Shown in pieces: positions 13,197-27,744 of a DNA stretch of 64,000 bases. The stretch lies in the NCBI GenBank assembly GCA_028534125.1, contig CM052818.1, forward strand, positions 12,898,001 through 12,962,000. Direction: 5' to 3'. The first letter of the stretch is position 1, and each line of letters begins with the position of its first letter. The position numbers and the translations under genes were made by a program. Under the pieces are notes generated by a model that was not told where the DNA came from, ran no database searches, and was given only the letters and a program-made list of their open reading frames with translations. The stretch comes from Lama glama (Eukaryota).

Positions 13197-14293
13197 ATAG
13201 TATTATTCATTATTATTATTTTATTTCATAAAAACCTGAAAATTCAGCCAGTGATAGAAGCTGTCTGATTTACTTGATTAGACTAAATGATTTATGGCTG
13301 ATAATTTTTAAGATCAGCATAAATGTCACAAACTACCGCAAGCTCACATCTAATAAGCAGAGTAGAATCTTCTTAATTTGTGCAAGCCACTAGAAGCCGA
13401 AAAATGCCAATTAAGAGATCATCTCAATCTAGTAGATGTACAGTATATTAAAATACACGGCACTTGGCATGAAATGAGAGCAGTGGTAAATAATAAAATC
13501 TTGGAATAGCGTAAAAATTGGAAATATGTTTACTAAAATACTCTTATTTATGAATGCAAGCAATGAACAACATAAGAAAATATAAAACAAAGTGACAACA
13601 GAATAAAGTGATTTAAGCTAAAGGCTTAAACATTAAACCTTTGTCTTACAAAGCAGAGCATTTTATAAATGCCAGTCACCAGTTATGCATCATGTCAAGT
13701 CATAGAAGAGCATTAAACTAATTCAAATCCCTGGCTTTTGGCCCTCTTAATTGAACACTTCATTTATTCATATGCCAATTAAGTGGCTTTAACTACCTCT
13801 CTGAGTATTATTCATCCTATAATAATGACACAAGGATAGCAGAGTCAGGCAGTTTCTTCCATGTAGGAATGAATATATATACATGCAGTGTCTTTCATGA
13901 ATGAAGGACAGAAGTGATGTTTGTTACTGATATAGCGTCCACAGTTAATGTTGATTTACATTAAGTTTCATTCAGGTCAAAGATTTACCAAACGTCCCTG
14001 GAGCGCCTATTCCTTTAGACTAGAAACTGATTTTCATTTACACTAGTATTTTCAGCACCCAGCATAAAAAAGTAATCCATATATTGAAACTGCTGTCAGA
14101 GTCAGAATATAGAAAGTGAGTTCTGTAACACAACGATGCTTCTGTAAAAGCAGGTTCATGTCTAATGATTTTTATGGATAACTCGTAGATGCATCTATCT
14201 GCATGAAAAACCAATCCAAATTATCAGTGAAGTTGCAGAATAGTATTTCACCACTGTTTCTCCTTGGAGACCCATATAAACTTATCTCTGCAA

Positions 14294-14508
14294 GAGTTAT
14301 TCTCCACTGGGAGCAATTTTGCCCCCAAGGGACATTTGGTAAGAATTAGAGACATTCCTGGTTGTCACAATTGCATGGATGAGTACTACCGGCATCTAGT
14401 AGACTGAAACCATGGATGCTGCTAACCAGGCTACAATGCACGTGACAAAGCCCCACAAGAGAGAATTCTCCAGCTCCAAATCAATAGTGCCAAGGCTGAG
14501 AAACTGCT
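14294..14508 (+). mobile_element. MER20 (hAT-Charlie) DNA transposon
   Basis: aattttgcccccaagggacatttgg...ggcatctagtag...ggatgctgctaa...aatagtgccaaggctgagaaac. Confidence 0.88.
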
Positions 14509-16529
14509 CTAGAGGAGCCAGGTAGAGGAGCTTGGCAGGTGTGAGTCTTATAAGGGAGATGTGATTTTATCAGGGAGATGGGGAGGGGCCGAAGGGATGA
14601 CTTTCTGTAAATCTGCACTTTTCCCAGAAGTACAAGCAAACTTCAGACTGCCTGAATGTACCTGAGAATGTGTGAGATTCAGTAGAGATAAAAGCAGGAG
14701 TCTTCAATAATAAACAGAATAGAAACAGATGATCTATGAGGCTCCCTCACAGTCTTGATAACCTAGGATCAAAGCCTGGAATATTAAGATAAACTCTTCT
14801 TAAAGCTTCCCCTTTAGCAAACTGGATACTGGTTGTAACTGCAGAGACTGCAAATCAGAAACATCACCTTGCCCTTGAAGTGTGTGATTATATTTTTGCA
14901 AAAGTTCTTTGTAGAAAGCTTATGAAAGGTATATGTTTTTACAAGGATAGACAGGCCTTTGAGGCTTTCCCTTTTCTACTATTGAGATCTCATTTGTTTT
15001 TTGTTTTGTTTCATCTTGATTCTTCTCTAGCTTCCCACTGGTGAATTCTTGGAACCCATCTAAAAAATATAATCTGTGTTTGGTTCAATAAATAAAACAT
15101 ATTAGTAAAATTTTTATTCTTAAATGAAATGAACTCTCAGGTTACCAGGTTATTTATTTTCTCCATAGATGTTACAAAATTGGTCAAAATTAAATATTAT
15201 ATTTATTTTAGTTTTAAACATATACTTTTCACAGTTCAGAGTAACAAGGTTATAAAAATCAGTATTGGAAAAGTGGCATATCTCCAATAAAACTGATACA
15301 CAGTTGAATCCAGGATGTCTCATAAACTGAGTCTTCATTCTTACACAGCCTCATATGCTCACTTTATTAATACTTAGTGGTATTCATTAGCTCTTTTCAC
15401 AGCCTGCTATAGCAGTGAGCATCAGCAATAAGAACAGAAGCATTAGCTTCTGCTATTTGCCAAGAATTTGATCAGACACAAATAATCAGCAGTATGGCAA
15501 AGCATTTTATATAGCTTTGGGTTATGAAGGTGAGAATTAACTGTTGTGATCTCCTAACATGGATGAAGAAGTGTAACAGTTAAAAAAAAATCCTGTATCT
15601 GGAACTAGTACAGAAATAAAATTACCACAAAGCAACATGCATCAAGTTCTGACTAATTAGCAGCATCCAGGGAAGTCATGCTGAGGTAAAAAGTGCCTGT
15701 AACACATATTTTTCACCTGAGTTCTTATCAACAGTAAAAGCCCTGCACATTGCCCTTTTCAGGACCCTCTCCAGTATACAGATCAGCACTTTCTGTAATT
15801 TCTAGCCAGCATCTTTAGGCAACATCCCTTCCATAACAGGTGCTTCTCAGCTGCCAACACTCTTTCAATCCAACAATCACCATGTCCATAGTCCAAAGCC
15901 CATACTGTCCACAAGCAGAACCAAGTAACAGATCCCTCCAGACCACCTCACACCAGCCAGTTCAGTATAAACTGTGAATAAGCCATCTGAAGGATCTATT
16001 TCTTTGAATAGAAATTTTAGCTTGGACTCTTCAGAAGGAGGCAAGTCACAGAAGAAAATTCCTTCTGGTAGACTCCCCAGTAAAGGCTTCAGGATGCATT
16101 TATTAGGATATACAACATATCAAGAAATGTTGCAAGAAAAATAAATTGTAAATATTAAAATCATTTTACATCAGCCATCACCATCACTCTCTCCATATGT
16201 TTTTTCTAGCAATATAAGTCATTTTATTGTCCATTGGGAAGTTCATGACAGAAACATAAGAATCAGCCTTTCCCTACACTTTCACTTTCAAGTAGTCTTA
16301 TAGACATTGATTCAGCTTTCTAAACGGTTTTCAGATTAACTATTTTTTTTCCATCTGCCAATGCAGTAAGACTCAATGGCATCTCACACCTCATCTTATC
16401 TCCTCTGATCCATTATCCACACAGTAACAAGTATGACCTTTTAGAAAATTATATGTTTAATATAGTCAGAAAAGTAATGAAAATCTCATAACACTTATAG
16501 ATCTATTACCCATCTTACCATGCATGCTT

Positions 16530-16720
16530 CAGATAGGTAGATGACAGATGATGACTGATAAACAGACAGATGATAGGTAATAATTTATACAAAGTTAATA
16601 GATGATAAAGAGAAAGAAAGAGAAAGAAAGAAGAAAGAAAGAAGAAAGAAAAGAAAAGAAAAGAAAAGAAAGAAAGAAAGAAAGAAAGGGAAAGAAAGAA
16701 AGGGAGAGAAAGAAAAAGAT
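16530..16720 (+). repeat. Degenerate (GATA)n followed by (GAAA)n purine tract
   Basis: Direct reading. Confidence 0.92.
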
Positions 16721-16906
16721 GATAGTAAGTCTATCTTACTGCACTGACAAGGAGTTGCAGTGTAACAATGGAAAGGAGAAATTATAACTGGCATCCTTTT
16801 TCATTGACTGTAATAGGAGACTTCTAATCTTTTATCAATAAGTATGACACTCACTGAAGAATTTGAATAGATATACTTTGAAGGTTAAAAAAGCTGTTTC
16901 CTTCTT

Positions 16907-17367
16907 TATCAGTTAGGAATACTCTGGGTTGAAAGTAAGAATATCTAACATTAATGTTCACAAAAAAGATGGTTAATTACTTCACACAGCAATAATTTTG
17001 AAGGTAGGCAGTTCCAGGTTTGGACAGCAGCTCACTGATATCAGAGTACTGGATTGGGATCTTTGTCCTTCTCCTACAGCACAATTCCAAGCATTAAAAC
17101 TACTTACAATCATGGTCATAGGGAAGAAGCAGTGAGTAGCTAGGGTGAAAAAAAAACAACCCTGCGTATCTCTTTTTTCAGAGAAAAAAGTCATTTCTAG
17201 AATCCCCCCATCAGAATTCTCTTTACAACTCACTGTCCAAAACTGGGCCACATGGCCACCCTTACACAAGAGAAAGTGAGTAGTTGGCTTTTTCATCTTG
17301 ATAGTGAGAAATGGACAAGGAAAAGGGGTTTAGGAATGAGTACTGGATAGACAAAATAGAAACCACA
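16907..17367 (-). mobile_element. MaLR LTR (old MLT1 subfamily)
   Basis: tatcagttaggaat...ggtaggcagttccagg...ctgggccacatggccaccctt motifs. Confidence 0.65.
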
Positions 17368-17429
17368 TATTTAATTTGCCTCTCATATGCTAAGAGATTT
17401 TATATTTTAATCTATGAAGCATTGTTGAG

Positions 17430-17760
17430 TTATATTTATTTTTGCTGCTACAATCATACAGATTGTTTTAATTTGGTATATTAATCATATATTATTTTAA
17501 TAGCTTTTCAAATACTGAAGTATTCTTGCTTTCCTAGGATCAATTACACTTGGTCATGATGTATTATTTTTATTTACTGCTGAGTTAAATATATTAGTAT
17601 TTTTGGAGGCTTTTTGCATTCAAATTCATAGGTGAGATTTTTCTATAATTTTTTTCTTAAATTTTTATTGCTTAATTTTTATCTCAATATTATACTAGAC
17701 TCATTAGAATGAATTTGCTAAATTCCCTCTTCCATTCCCTGGAGGAAAATTCACATAAAG
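17430..17760 (-). mobile_element. Old L1 ORF2 fragment
   Basis: cttggtcatgatgtattattt...ttttgcattcaaattcataggtgagatt antisense ORF2. Confidence 0.65.
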
Positions 17761-18071
17761 ATTGCTGATTTGGTGGGCTAAACTACCATCATATGCCTTT
17801 CTATTTTGGAGGAATTTAGTGCCCACTAGTCTATGGGAGCCAATTTCTTGTGCCATCACTGGCAGTGTCCTGTGTCAGATACCAGCAAGCTCATGGCTTC
17901 AGCTTCATCACTACTTGAGTTTCTGTTCTGTTTTTGGTCTGCAAAAATATCTAGCTTGTTTTGGAGCCCAACTACATACTTTTGGTTTTTTGCTACTGTT
18001 TTTATGTATTATACATTATTACTATTTGTTTGAAGGACTTCAGCAATTGAAGGACCACTTAAAATTTCTGC

Positions 18072-18422
18072 AATGAGATACAGCCTCATATCCATCAAGA
18101 TGGATACCATAAAAAAACAGAAAATAACAAGTGTTGGTAAGGATGCGGAGAAATTAGAACTCTTGTACACTGTTGATGGGAGAGTAAAATGGTACAGCCA
18201 CTATGAAAATAGTCTGGAGGTTTCTCAAAAAATTAAAACTATAATGACCACATGATTCAGCAATTCCACTTCTGGTACCTATCCAAAAGAACTGAAAGCA
18301 AGGTCTCAAAAACATATTTGTACGCCCATGTTCATAGCAGCATTATTCACAAAAACCAAAAGATAGAAACAATCCAAATGTTTATCAATGAATGAAAGGA
18401 TAAACAAAATGTGTTATATACA
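18072..18422 (+). mobile_element. L1 (L1MB-like) ORF2 3' fragment
   Basis: aatgagatac...aataacaagtgttggtaaggatgcggagaaattagaac...cccatgttcatagcagcattattcac. Confidence 0.85.
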
Positions 18423-19700
18423 TGTTACAGACTAAATACTTGTATATCCTCAAAAGTCATATGTTGAAATTTCATCATATCAAAACAACAAGCAACCCAA
18501 TTAAAAAGTGGGTAAAAGACCTGAACAGATATTTCTCCAAAGAAGACATACAGATGGCCAACAGACACATGAAAAGATGTTCAACATCACCAATAATAAG
18601 AGAAATACAAATCACAACCACAATCAGACATCACCTCATACCTGTCAGAATAGCTATCATCAAATATCTACAAATAACAAATGTTGGCAAGAATGTAGAG
18701 AAAAGGAAACACTTGTACACTGTTGGTGCAAAAGTAAATTGGTGCAGCCACTATGGAAAACAGTATGGAGGTTCCTCAAAAAAAAAAAACAAAAAAAAAC
18801 AGAACTACCGTATGATCCAGGAATTCCACTCCTGGTTACATCTCTGAAGAAAACGAAAATGCTAATCTGAAAAGATACATGCACTCCAATGTCCATAGCA
18901 GCATTACTTACAATAGGCAAGATATGGAAGCAACCAAAATGTACAACAACAGATGAATGGATCAAGAAGATGCAGTAGATATACATACAGTAGAATATTA
19001 CTCAGCCATAAAACAGAATAAAATTCTGCCATCTGCAACAACACAGATGAACCTAAAGAGTATTATGCTTAGTGAAATAAGTGAGACAGAGAAAGACAAA
19101 TATTCTACATTAAGTGGAACTCACATATTCCACTTATATGTGGAATCTAAAAATAAAACAAAAGAATGTATATTGAAAAAAACAGCAACAGACTCATAGA
19201 TAAAGAGAACAAACTAGTGATTATGAGTGGGGAGAGGGGAAGAGGGAAGGGGAAGACAGGGGTATGGGATTAAGAGATACAAATTACTATGCATAAAATA
19301 GATAAAGACAAGGATATAATGTATAACAGGGAAATACAGTCATTATTTTGTAATAACTTTAAACAAAGTAAAAATCTGTAAAAATATTGAATCACTATGT
19401 TGTACACCTGAATCCAATATAATATTGTAAATCAACTATATTTCAATTTTTAAAAATGGGATACTATTAGTAGGTGGGGCCTTTGGGATTAGATGAGATC
19501 ATGAATGTAGAGCCTTCAAGAATGGGATTAGTGCCTTTATAAGAATCAAGAGAGAGCTTGCTTGCTCTCTGCCATGTGAGGATGCACTGAGAAGTCAGCA
19601 GCCTGCAGCCCAGTTCCAGAAGAGGACCCTCACTGGAACTTGACCATGCTTGCATCCTGATCTCAGATTGTCAGACTCCAGAACTGTGAGAAATAAGTCA
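18423..19700 (+). mobile_element. MLT1A-like MaLR LTR split by an L1 (18423-18470 and 19456-19700)
   Basis: tgttacagactaaat...catatgttgaaa start; resumes ggtggggcctttggg...gggattagtgcctttataag...ctccagaactgtgagaaataa. Confidence 0.8.
18478..19455 (+). mobile_element. L1MA-like 5'-truncated L1
   Basis: ORF2 C-terminal peptide [32 protein letters not shown]; complete 3' UTR. Confidence 0.9.
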
Positions 19701-21984
19701 CTGTAAGATTAGATGAGGCCATGAGAGTGGAACCCATATGAAGAAACCAATATTGAGAAAGAAATCAGAGTCAAAGGTTGAGGAAATCCTGGTGCTGTCT
19801 AAATTCGAATTCCAGTTAATCCCAGAGCTACTGTCAACACTGTTATTCTTGAGATTTGGCTATGTGACTTAAAAACTTCAGTTTTTTCTTTTGCCTTTAG
19901 TCTACTTTGTCTCAATTGAACCTATAATATCACTTGAATTTTAAGGGGAGCTAAGAATTATGACTTCCTTTCCCCTATCTGGTGGCAGGGCTAGAAATGT
20001 TGCTGTGATGGCAGACTAACACCTTAGGAAAGGGCAACTAAGGAGTCTTCTCCTAGTATCTATACCTGCTGTGGTACATTGCTACACTCTCTTAAGAATT
20101 ATTAGAATTATTAATGTGAGGTAATCAGGGCACTTTATGGCTATAATTCAGTTTAGCTTTAAAACTCTTTCATACTTATTCCCCCAAAATATTCACAATA
20201 ATCCTGTAAACAGTTAAAACAAATTAGCAAACCAAGACAAAAGGGTCTGACTTGAAACCCATTTTTCTTCACCATCTATCCAACCAAACATCCATACATG
20301 CTTTTTCATGGAAGAATGCTTCTGATTACTGCTCTCATAGAGACTCAGAACACTGATTTCTTAGTATATGTCCTTTAGGTTCACACAGAGGTATTTCATG
20401 TCTTGTAAAACTCAAGTATCAGTGACTTACTTTTAAATCAAGCACACTTCTATTCTCTTTGGCTGCCTAGACTTCTTATTAATTTTGATATCTCCGAAAC
20501 TCTGATATATATTCAAGATAATTTTGTATAGTAATACGACTTTTGTTCTCTCCTAAGGTCGGAAATAAAGGCTTTAATAAATTTAACCCAATAGACACTT
20601 GAAATTTAGACAGTGGAACTACTTTTCAACTTCTCACAGAAACTAATCCTTTGGTTGCATTTATACCATAGGCAATTAATTTGGCTGAAACAAATATTCT
20701 TTGATGACCAGCAAGCATAAGGCAGAGTAATTTTAATATGATAGGATTATTATTGACTGGGGAATATTATGCAAAATTGGTAGAACCAAGCAAGATCAAA
20801 AAGGCTCTCTGATTATAAAACATCAAAGATTGCAGGCAAATTCCTTCTCAAAGACAGGCCTAAAATATTGGAGAACCCACTTATATCATTACATTAAGGA
20901 ATTATTTTAATGATGGTCCCCTTGAGATGATACACTGAGGTAAAACTGCAGAATTGCACTTAATCAATTTCAGGAACTGCTCAGTTAAGAGAAACTGTTC
21001 ACACTAAGCAGCTGTCACTCAAGCATTTACACATTATTTTTAAATGTATAGTATTTGGAAAAGTATATGATTTGTAGTTAGTCCCAGTTTGACCAATTAC
21101 TAGACATCTGACCTCAGATTATCCTCAGTGTTTCAAAACATTCTTTTCCCTTGTGAATACATTTTATGAGAATTAAAGAGACAGCAGTAGGGAGAAACTG
21201 GACAAATTTGTAACTATAAATTTATAAACTATAACTTCCTATACCAATGTTAGTTACTAATATCTAGGGTATATTTTTTCTAAAGTAACAGTAACAATCT
21301 TCTAGGAACTCTTTACTGGAACTAAACAAGCTGAAACAGTATTCTAGAACTTTTATTTTCAATAACAGTCAACATATACACACAGAGAATATGAAAATTA
21401 AATTAAAAGTTCAAAGTAGAAAAATCCCTGTTTATCATTTAGTATCTCCCTGTACAGCTGCAGAAAATTATATTTTTGCCAGACAGTTACTTTTAAGTCA
21501 ATGCACATCTCCCACACAAATCTCCTAGTCTTATGTGATGCCATCATATTTCAAAGTCAGTACTTCAGGAAATACCTAAAGAGAGGAGAGAAAAGCAGAA
21601 ATACATTTGGTGTTTATTAATGTGTGATACTGAAGGTTAACATAGGTAAGTGGGAAGTCTATATCTAAATGGTAACTGCTAACCAACACTGAGTCTTGGC
21701 AAGGAGGGAGGACAATGATGAAGAGGGTCAAGTAAGATTTAACTCTCATGTTTCTTATATGAAGTTCTATTTCCAATTATTGAGAAAGAAAAACAGATAT
21801 AGATTAAAATGGGTCAAGGTGTGGAGTATCACATAGGTTTTATATATATATGTTTCTATTTCATTCTGTAATAAAATATACACACTGTATTAATACATTG
21901 ATATTTTAGTTTGGATTCTCGTTATAGATACTCAATGTAATAATTCATTAAAATCCTGAAGAGAATATTGTTAACAAAAATGGC

Positions 21985-24900
21985 ATAGTAAGAAAATCTC
22001 AAAGCCTGTTCTGCCATATAATCAATATAATCACTGGCAAAATCTATCAGAATCAATGGTTTTGGAATTCTGAAAAATAACCAGAAGCTTGTGGCAATCA
22101 AGAGAATACTTAATCAAGAAAAATTGGTGGAATATTAGTGAAAAACAAAGAACATGGTGATGTTTTAACTTATTGTCCCATTAACCAGTATCAGGTTCAG
22201 ATGTGGCCTTGACTTAATAGCTCACACTCCCAATACAGAGAGCATTACTAGAAGACAAGAGCAGACTTCATTCCCAAAGACATGTGGTTGATCGTTGACC
22301 TGTATGGTGACTCCTTGGGTCAAAGGGCTTGCCATTATCTTGTCTAACTCAAAACTTTCGCAGTGCTGAGGTGGCTATCTGATTTACAAGCAGATATTAG
22401 TCATGGCTGCCTAAAGGCCATGAATGACAGTTGTGGAAAAAAACAGATTAACCAAAAAGGTTGGGACAAAAGACTACAGAATGAGATGCTCTGGGTAATA
22501 AAGGTTTTGAAAAAGTCCAACATAATACTAGAATCCAGAAGGTCATGTATGTGTGTTCCGAAAAGATATAAGAAGACCCTAAATTCTACCTGCTAGCTGA
22601 TCTTCAGGCTCTGAATGAAGGTATCCTCCCAAATGACTCTCAGATTCCATCTGAAAACTGAGAGATTTTACTTTAGTTTTAGCCACTTAAGGAAATCTTT
22701 GTCCAATCACCAGCTAATCACGAAGGATAAAAGAATTCACTGGCCACACATAATAGACTTCACAGAATTAGTTCAAAAAAGCTACTAAACATGCAACAAT
22801 AAACAGCACCAAAAAGTCAAGGGGAGGAAGGAGAACATAATTTCTAAATTTTCATAATCTTAATATTCACAATGTCAAGTCTTTCACAAAAGTTACAAAG
22901 CAATAAGAAAATAAGAAAGTATGACCTACTAAGTCAAAAGAAGAATTAATAGAAACTAGCCCTAAGGAAGCTCACACACTGGACTTACTAGATAAAGATG
23001 TAAAATAGCTATTTAAAATATGTTTAAAAAACTAAATGAAATCATGCTCAATGAATGAAAAGAAACCATGAGAATGGCATCTCACCAAACTGATAGTATC
23101 AATAAAAAAAATTATAAAAGGGAACCAAATCATTATACACTAAGAATGAACAATCTGAAAAGGAAATTACAAAAACAATTTCATTTACAATTGCATCGAA
23201 AAAACTAAAATATTTAGTAATGACCTAAACAAGATGGTGAAAAACTTATACATTGAAAACTAAATTGCTGAAACAAGTTAAAGAAGACACAAATAATGGA
23301 AAGACAGGCCATGTTTTTGTATTGGAAACAATATTGTTAAGATATCCATACTGCTCAAAGTGACCTACAGATTCAATACAATCCCAATCAAAATCCCAAT
23401 AATATTTTTGCAGAAATAGAAAAATGAATCCTACATTTACAGATGACATGATCTTATATATAGAAAACCCTAAAGAATCCATCAATTAATTATTAGAGCT
23501 AAAAAAGAGTCAAGATTGTAGGAACATCAACATAAAAAGCAGTTATATTGCTGTACACTAGCAGTGAGCAGTCTTAAAATGTTAACCAAAAAACCCAACT
23601 TTTTACTAAGGCATCAAAAGGAATAGAATACTTAAAAAATAAATTTAACCAAGAGGTGCAAGACTTAGACACTGAAAACTACAAAACACTGTTGAAAGAA
23701 TTAAAATAATGAAAAGATATTCCAAGTTCATGGATTAAAGACTTAATATTATTAAGAAGGCAATAATCCCCAAATTTATGCACAGAATCAATGTAGTCCT
23801 TATTAAATGGCCAACTTTCTTTTTTTGCAGAAATGGACAAGCTGACTTGAAAATTCATATGGAATTACCAGGAACCCAGAGTAGTCAAAACAATATTGAA
23901 AATGAATAAAGTTCAGGGACTCATTCTCAATTTTAACATTTCCTACAAACATACTGGAATCAAAACAATGTAGTACTGGCATAAGAACAGATAGGTCAGT
24001 AGAATATAATTTACAGTCTATAAATAAACCCATATAATTGATTTACAGAGTGCTAAGTTCATTCAATGAGAAAAAATATCAATTTTCAAACTGGATCTGG
24101 GGTAACTGGATATTCATTTGCAAAAGAATGAATTTAGACTCTTACATCACACAACATACTAAAATTCACTCAGAATAAATGTAAGACATAAATGTAAGAG
24201 TTAAACCTATAAAACTCTTAGAAGGAAAACATAGGTATAAATATTCATGGCCTTGGTTAGATAACAGTTTCTTAAACATAGCATCAAAAGTATAATTATC
24301 AACCAAAATAAAATACAGATAAACTGAACTTCATTAAAATTTAAAACTTTTATGCACCAAAGGACACTATCAAGTCTGTGAAAAACAATCCACAAAATGG
24401 GAAAAAATATTTGCAAATCATATACCTGATAAGGATATAGCAAACAGAATATATAAATAACTCTTACAACTTAATAACAAAAAGACAAACAACCCAATTT
24501 TAAAATGAGCGGAGTTTTTGAATAAACAGTTCTCCAAAGAATATATACAAATGACTAGCATGAAAAGATGCCCAATATATAGGCAAATTAAAATCAAACC
24601 ACATTAAGCTACCACTTCACATCCACTAGGTTGGCTATAATAAAATAAAAATTAAAATAAAAAGTATTGGCAATGATGTGGATGAACTAGAATCCTCATA
24701 CATTGCTGGTGGGAATATAAAATTGTGGAACTGTTAGGAAAAACAATTTGGTAGTTCCTCAATAAGTTAAACATACGGCTAACATATTAGTCAGCAATTT
24801 TATCCTTACGTATATACCTAAGAGAAATGAAAGCACATATATATGCAAAAATTTGTACATGAGTGATATATTAGCATTACTCATAATAGCCACAATGTAA

Positions 24901-25338
24901 AAACAACTCAGATGTTCATCAACCAGTGAACAGATAAAGATGTGATATATTCATACAATGAAATATCATTCAGTCTTAAAAACGACTAAAGTACTGATAC
25001 ATGCTACAACATGAATCTTAAAAATATGCTAAATGAAAGAAGCCATAAACATAAAATACCATACGTTGTATGATTTCATTTATTTTAAATATTCAGAATA
25101 AGCAAATCCACTGATAACAGAAAGTAGATTAGAGCTTGTTAGTGGCTTGGAGGGAAAGGAAAGAATACGGTGTAACTGCTAATGAGTATATGTTTACATT
25201 TTGGGACAATAAGTGTTGTAGAATTAATGGTGATGGTTCACAACTTTGTGACTATACCAAAAACCACTGAATAGCAAACTTTAAAATTTTTAAAATAATA
25301 CTTACTATGTTATGTGAAGATTATCTCAATTTTTAAAA
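21985..25338 (+). mobile_element. Old composite L1 (5' region, rearranged ORF2, L1MB-like 3' end)
   Basis: RT motif FTDDMILYIENPKES at ~23436-23480; continuous decayed ORF2 and 3' UTR ending ttatctcaatttttaaaa. Confidence 0.88.
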
Positions 25339-25717
25339 CCCTAATATTCATGATGTTTAAAAATTAAAATTAAGTTAAATATAAATAGTTAAGTCTAATA
25401 TTAATGAAAAGGAAATACATATATTCTGGGCCTTCTTGTAGTACAGTTATACAGGTAAAACATTGTCGACTAGATAGATGTTTTCCAATATTCTTCTATA
25501 TATATCTTTTCATAATAGTTCTTATAGAAACTTGATATATCAATCATTATATTATTTCCTTAATTTTGCCCTGCCTTATTCCCAAGAGGATTTAAGGAAG
25601 TCATAGGAGTAGGAGACCTTACTGTATCAGATTGTTATCCATCAGACACTCATTGGTAGAGAAGAGTTTGAACTGTAGCTCACATTGAATGCTACAGAAA
25701 TTAGTCTAAGAATTTTA

Positions 25718-27744
25718 TAAACCACTGATAAAGGAAATTAAAGAAGACTTTAAAAAATGGAAAGATATCCCATGCTCCTGAATTGGAAGAATCAATATTG
25801 TTAAAATGGTCACACTGCCCAAGGCAATCTACAGGTTTAATGCAATCCCTATCAAATTACCCAGGACATATTTCACAGAACTAGAACAAATCACACTAAA
25901 ATTTATATGGAATCACAAAAGACCTAGAATTGCCAAAGCATTACTGAATAGAAAGAAAGAGGCTAGAGGAATAACTCTCCCAGACTTCAGACAATACTAT
26001 ACAGCTACAGTCATCAAGACAGCATGGTATTGGTACAAAAACAGACATATAGACCAATGGAACAGAACAGAGAGCCCAGAAACAAATCCACAAACTTTTG
26101 GTCAACTAATCTTCAACAAAGGAGACAAGAATATACAATGGAATAAAGACTGTCTCTTCAGCAAATGGTGTTAGGAAAACTGGACAGCAGCATGTAAAGC
26201 AATGAAGCTAGAACACTCCCTTGTACCATACACAAAAATAAACTCACAATGGATCAAAGACTTAAACATAAGACAAGATACAATAAACCTCCTAGAAGAA
26301 AGTACAGGCAAAACATTATCTGACATACATCTCAAAAATGTTCTCCTAGGGCAGTCTACCCAAGCAATAGAAATAAAAGCAAGAATAAACAAACGGGACT
26401 TAATGAAACTTATAAGCTTCTGCAAGGCAAAGGAAACCATAAGTAAAACAAAATGAGAATCTACAGAATGGGAGAAAATTTTTGCAAATGAAGCCGACAA
26501 AGGCTTGATCTCCAGAATATATAAGCAGCTCATATGACTTAATAAGAAAACAAACAACCCAATCCAAAAATGGGCAAAAGATCTAAACAAGCAATTCTCC
26601 AAGGGAAAAATACAAATGATCAATAGGCACATGAAAAAATGCTCAATATCACTAATTATCAGAGAAATGCAAATCAAAACTACAATGAGGTATNNNNNNN
26701 NNNNNNNNNNNNNNNNNNNNNNNNNNNNNNNNNNNNNNNNNNNNNNNNNNNNNNNNNNNNNNNNNNNNNNNNNNNNNNNNNNNNNNNNNNNNNNNNNNNN
26801 NNNNNNNNNNNNNNNNNNNNNNNNNNNNNNNNNNNNNNNNNNNNNNNNNNNNNNNNNNNNNNNNNNNNNNNNNNNNNNNNNNNNNNNNNNNNNNNNNNNN
26901 NNNNNNNNNNNNNNNNNNNNNNNNNNNNNNNNNNNNNNNNNNNNNNNNNNNNNNNNNNNNNNNNNNNNNNNNNNNNNNNNNNNNNNNNNNNNNNNNNNNN
27001 NNNNNNNNNNNNNNNNNNNNNNNNNNNNNNNNNNNNNNNNNNNNNNNNNNNNNNNNNNNNNNNNNNNNNNNNNNNNNNNNNNNNNNNNNNNNNNNNNNNN
27101 NNNNNNNNNNNNNNNNNNNNNNNNNNNNNNNNNNNNNNNNNNNNNNNNNNNNNNNNNNNNNNNNNNNNNNNNNNNNNNNNNNNNNNNNNNNNNAGCAGCA
27201 CTATTTACAATAGCTAAGACATGGAAATAGCCTAAATGTCCATCAACAGATGACTGGATAAAGAAGAGGTGGTATATTTATACAATGGAATACTACTCAG
27301 CCATAAAAACCAACAACATAACGCCATTTGCAGCAACATGGATGCTCCTGGAGAATGTCATTCTAAGTGAAGTAAGCCCAAAAGAGAAAGAAAAATACCA
27401 TATGAGATCGCTCATATGTGGAATCTAAAACAAACAAACAAACAAACAAAACATAAATACAAACAGAAACAGACTCATAGACATAAAATACAAACTTGTG
27501 GTTTCCAAGGGGGTAGGGGGTGGGAAGGGATAGACTGGGATTTCAAAATGTAGAATAGATAAACAAGATTATACTGTACAGCACAGGGAAATATACACAA
27601 GATCTTGTGGCAGCTCACAGCGAAAAAAATGTGACTATGAATTATATGTATGTTCATGTATAACTGGAAAATTGTGCTCTACACTGGAATTTGACACAGC
27701 ATTGTAAAATGATTATAAATCAATAAAAAATGTTAAAAAAAGAA
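25718..27744 (+). mobile_element. Young 5'-truncated L1 with TSD
   Basis: ORF2 peptides [16 protein letters not shown]...[16 protein letters not shown] with in-frame stops; TSD AGAAA(T/C)TAGTCTAAGAATTTTA at 25696-25717 and 27745-27766. Confidence 0.95.
26694..27193. other. Assembly gap (500 N)
   Basis: N run inside L1. Confidence 1.

Noticed and set aside
16585..16794. K/E/R-rich and F/S/L-rich ORFs
   Set aside because: Translations of the (GAAA)n microsatellite.
25806..26677. 122-168 aa ORFs as host genes
   Set aside because: L1 ORF2 fragments and their antisense; in-frame stops show an inactive copy.
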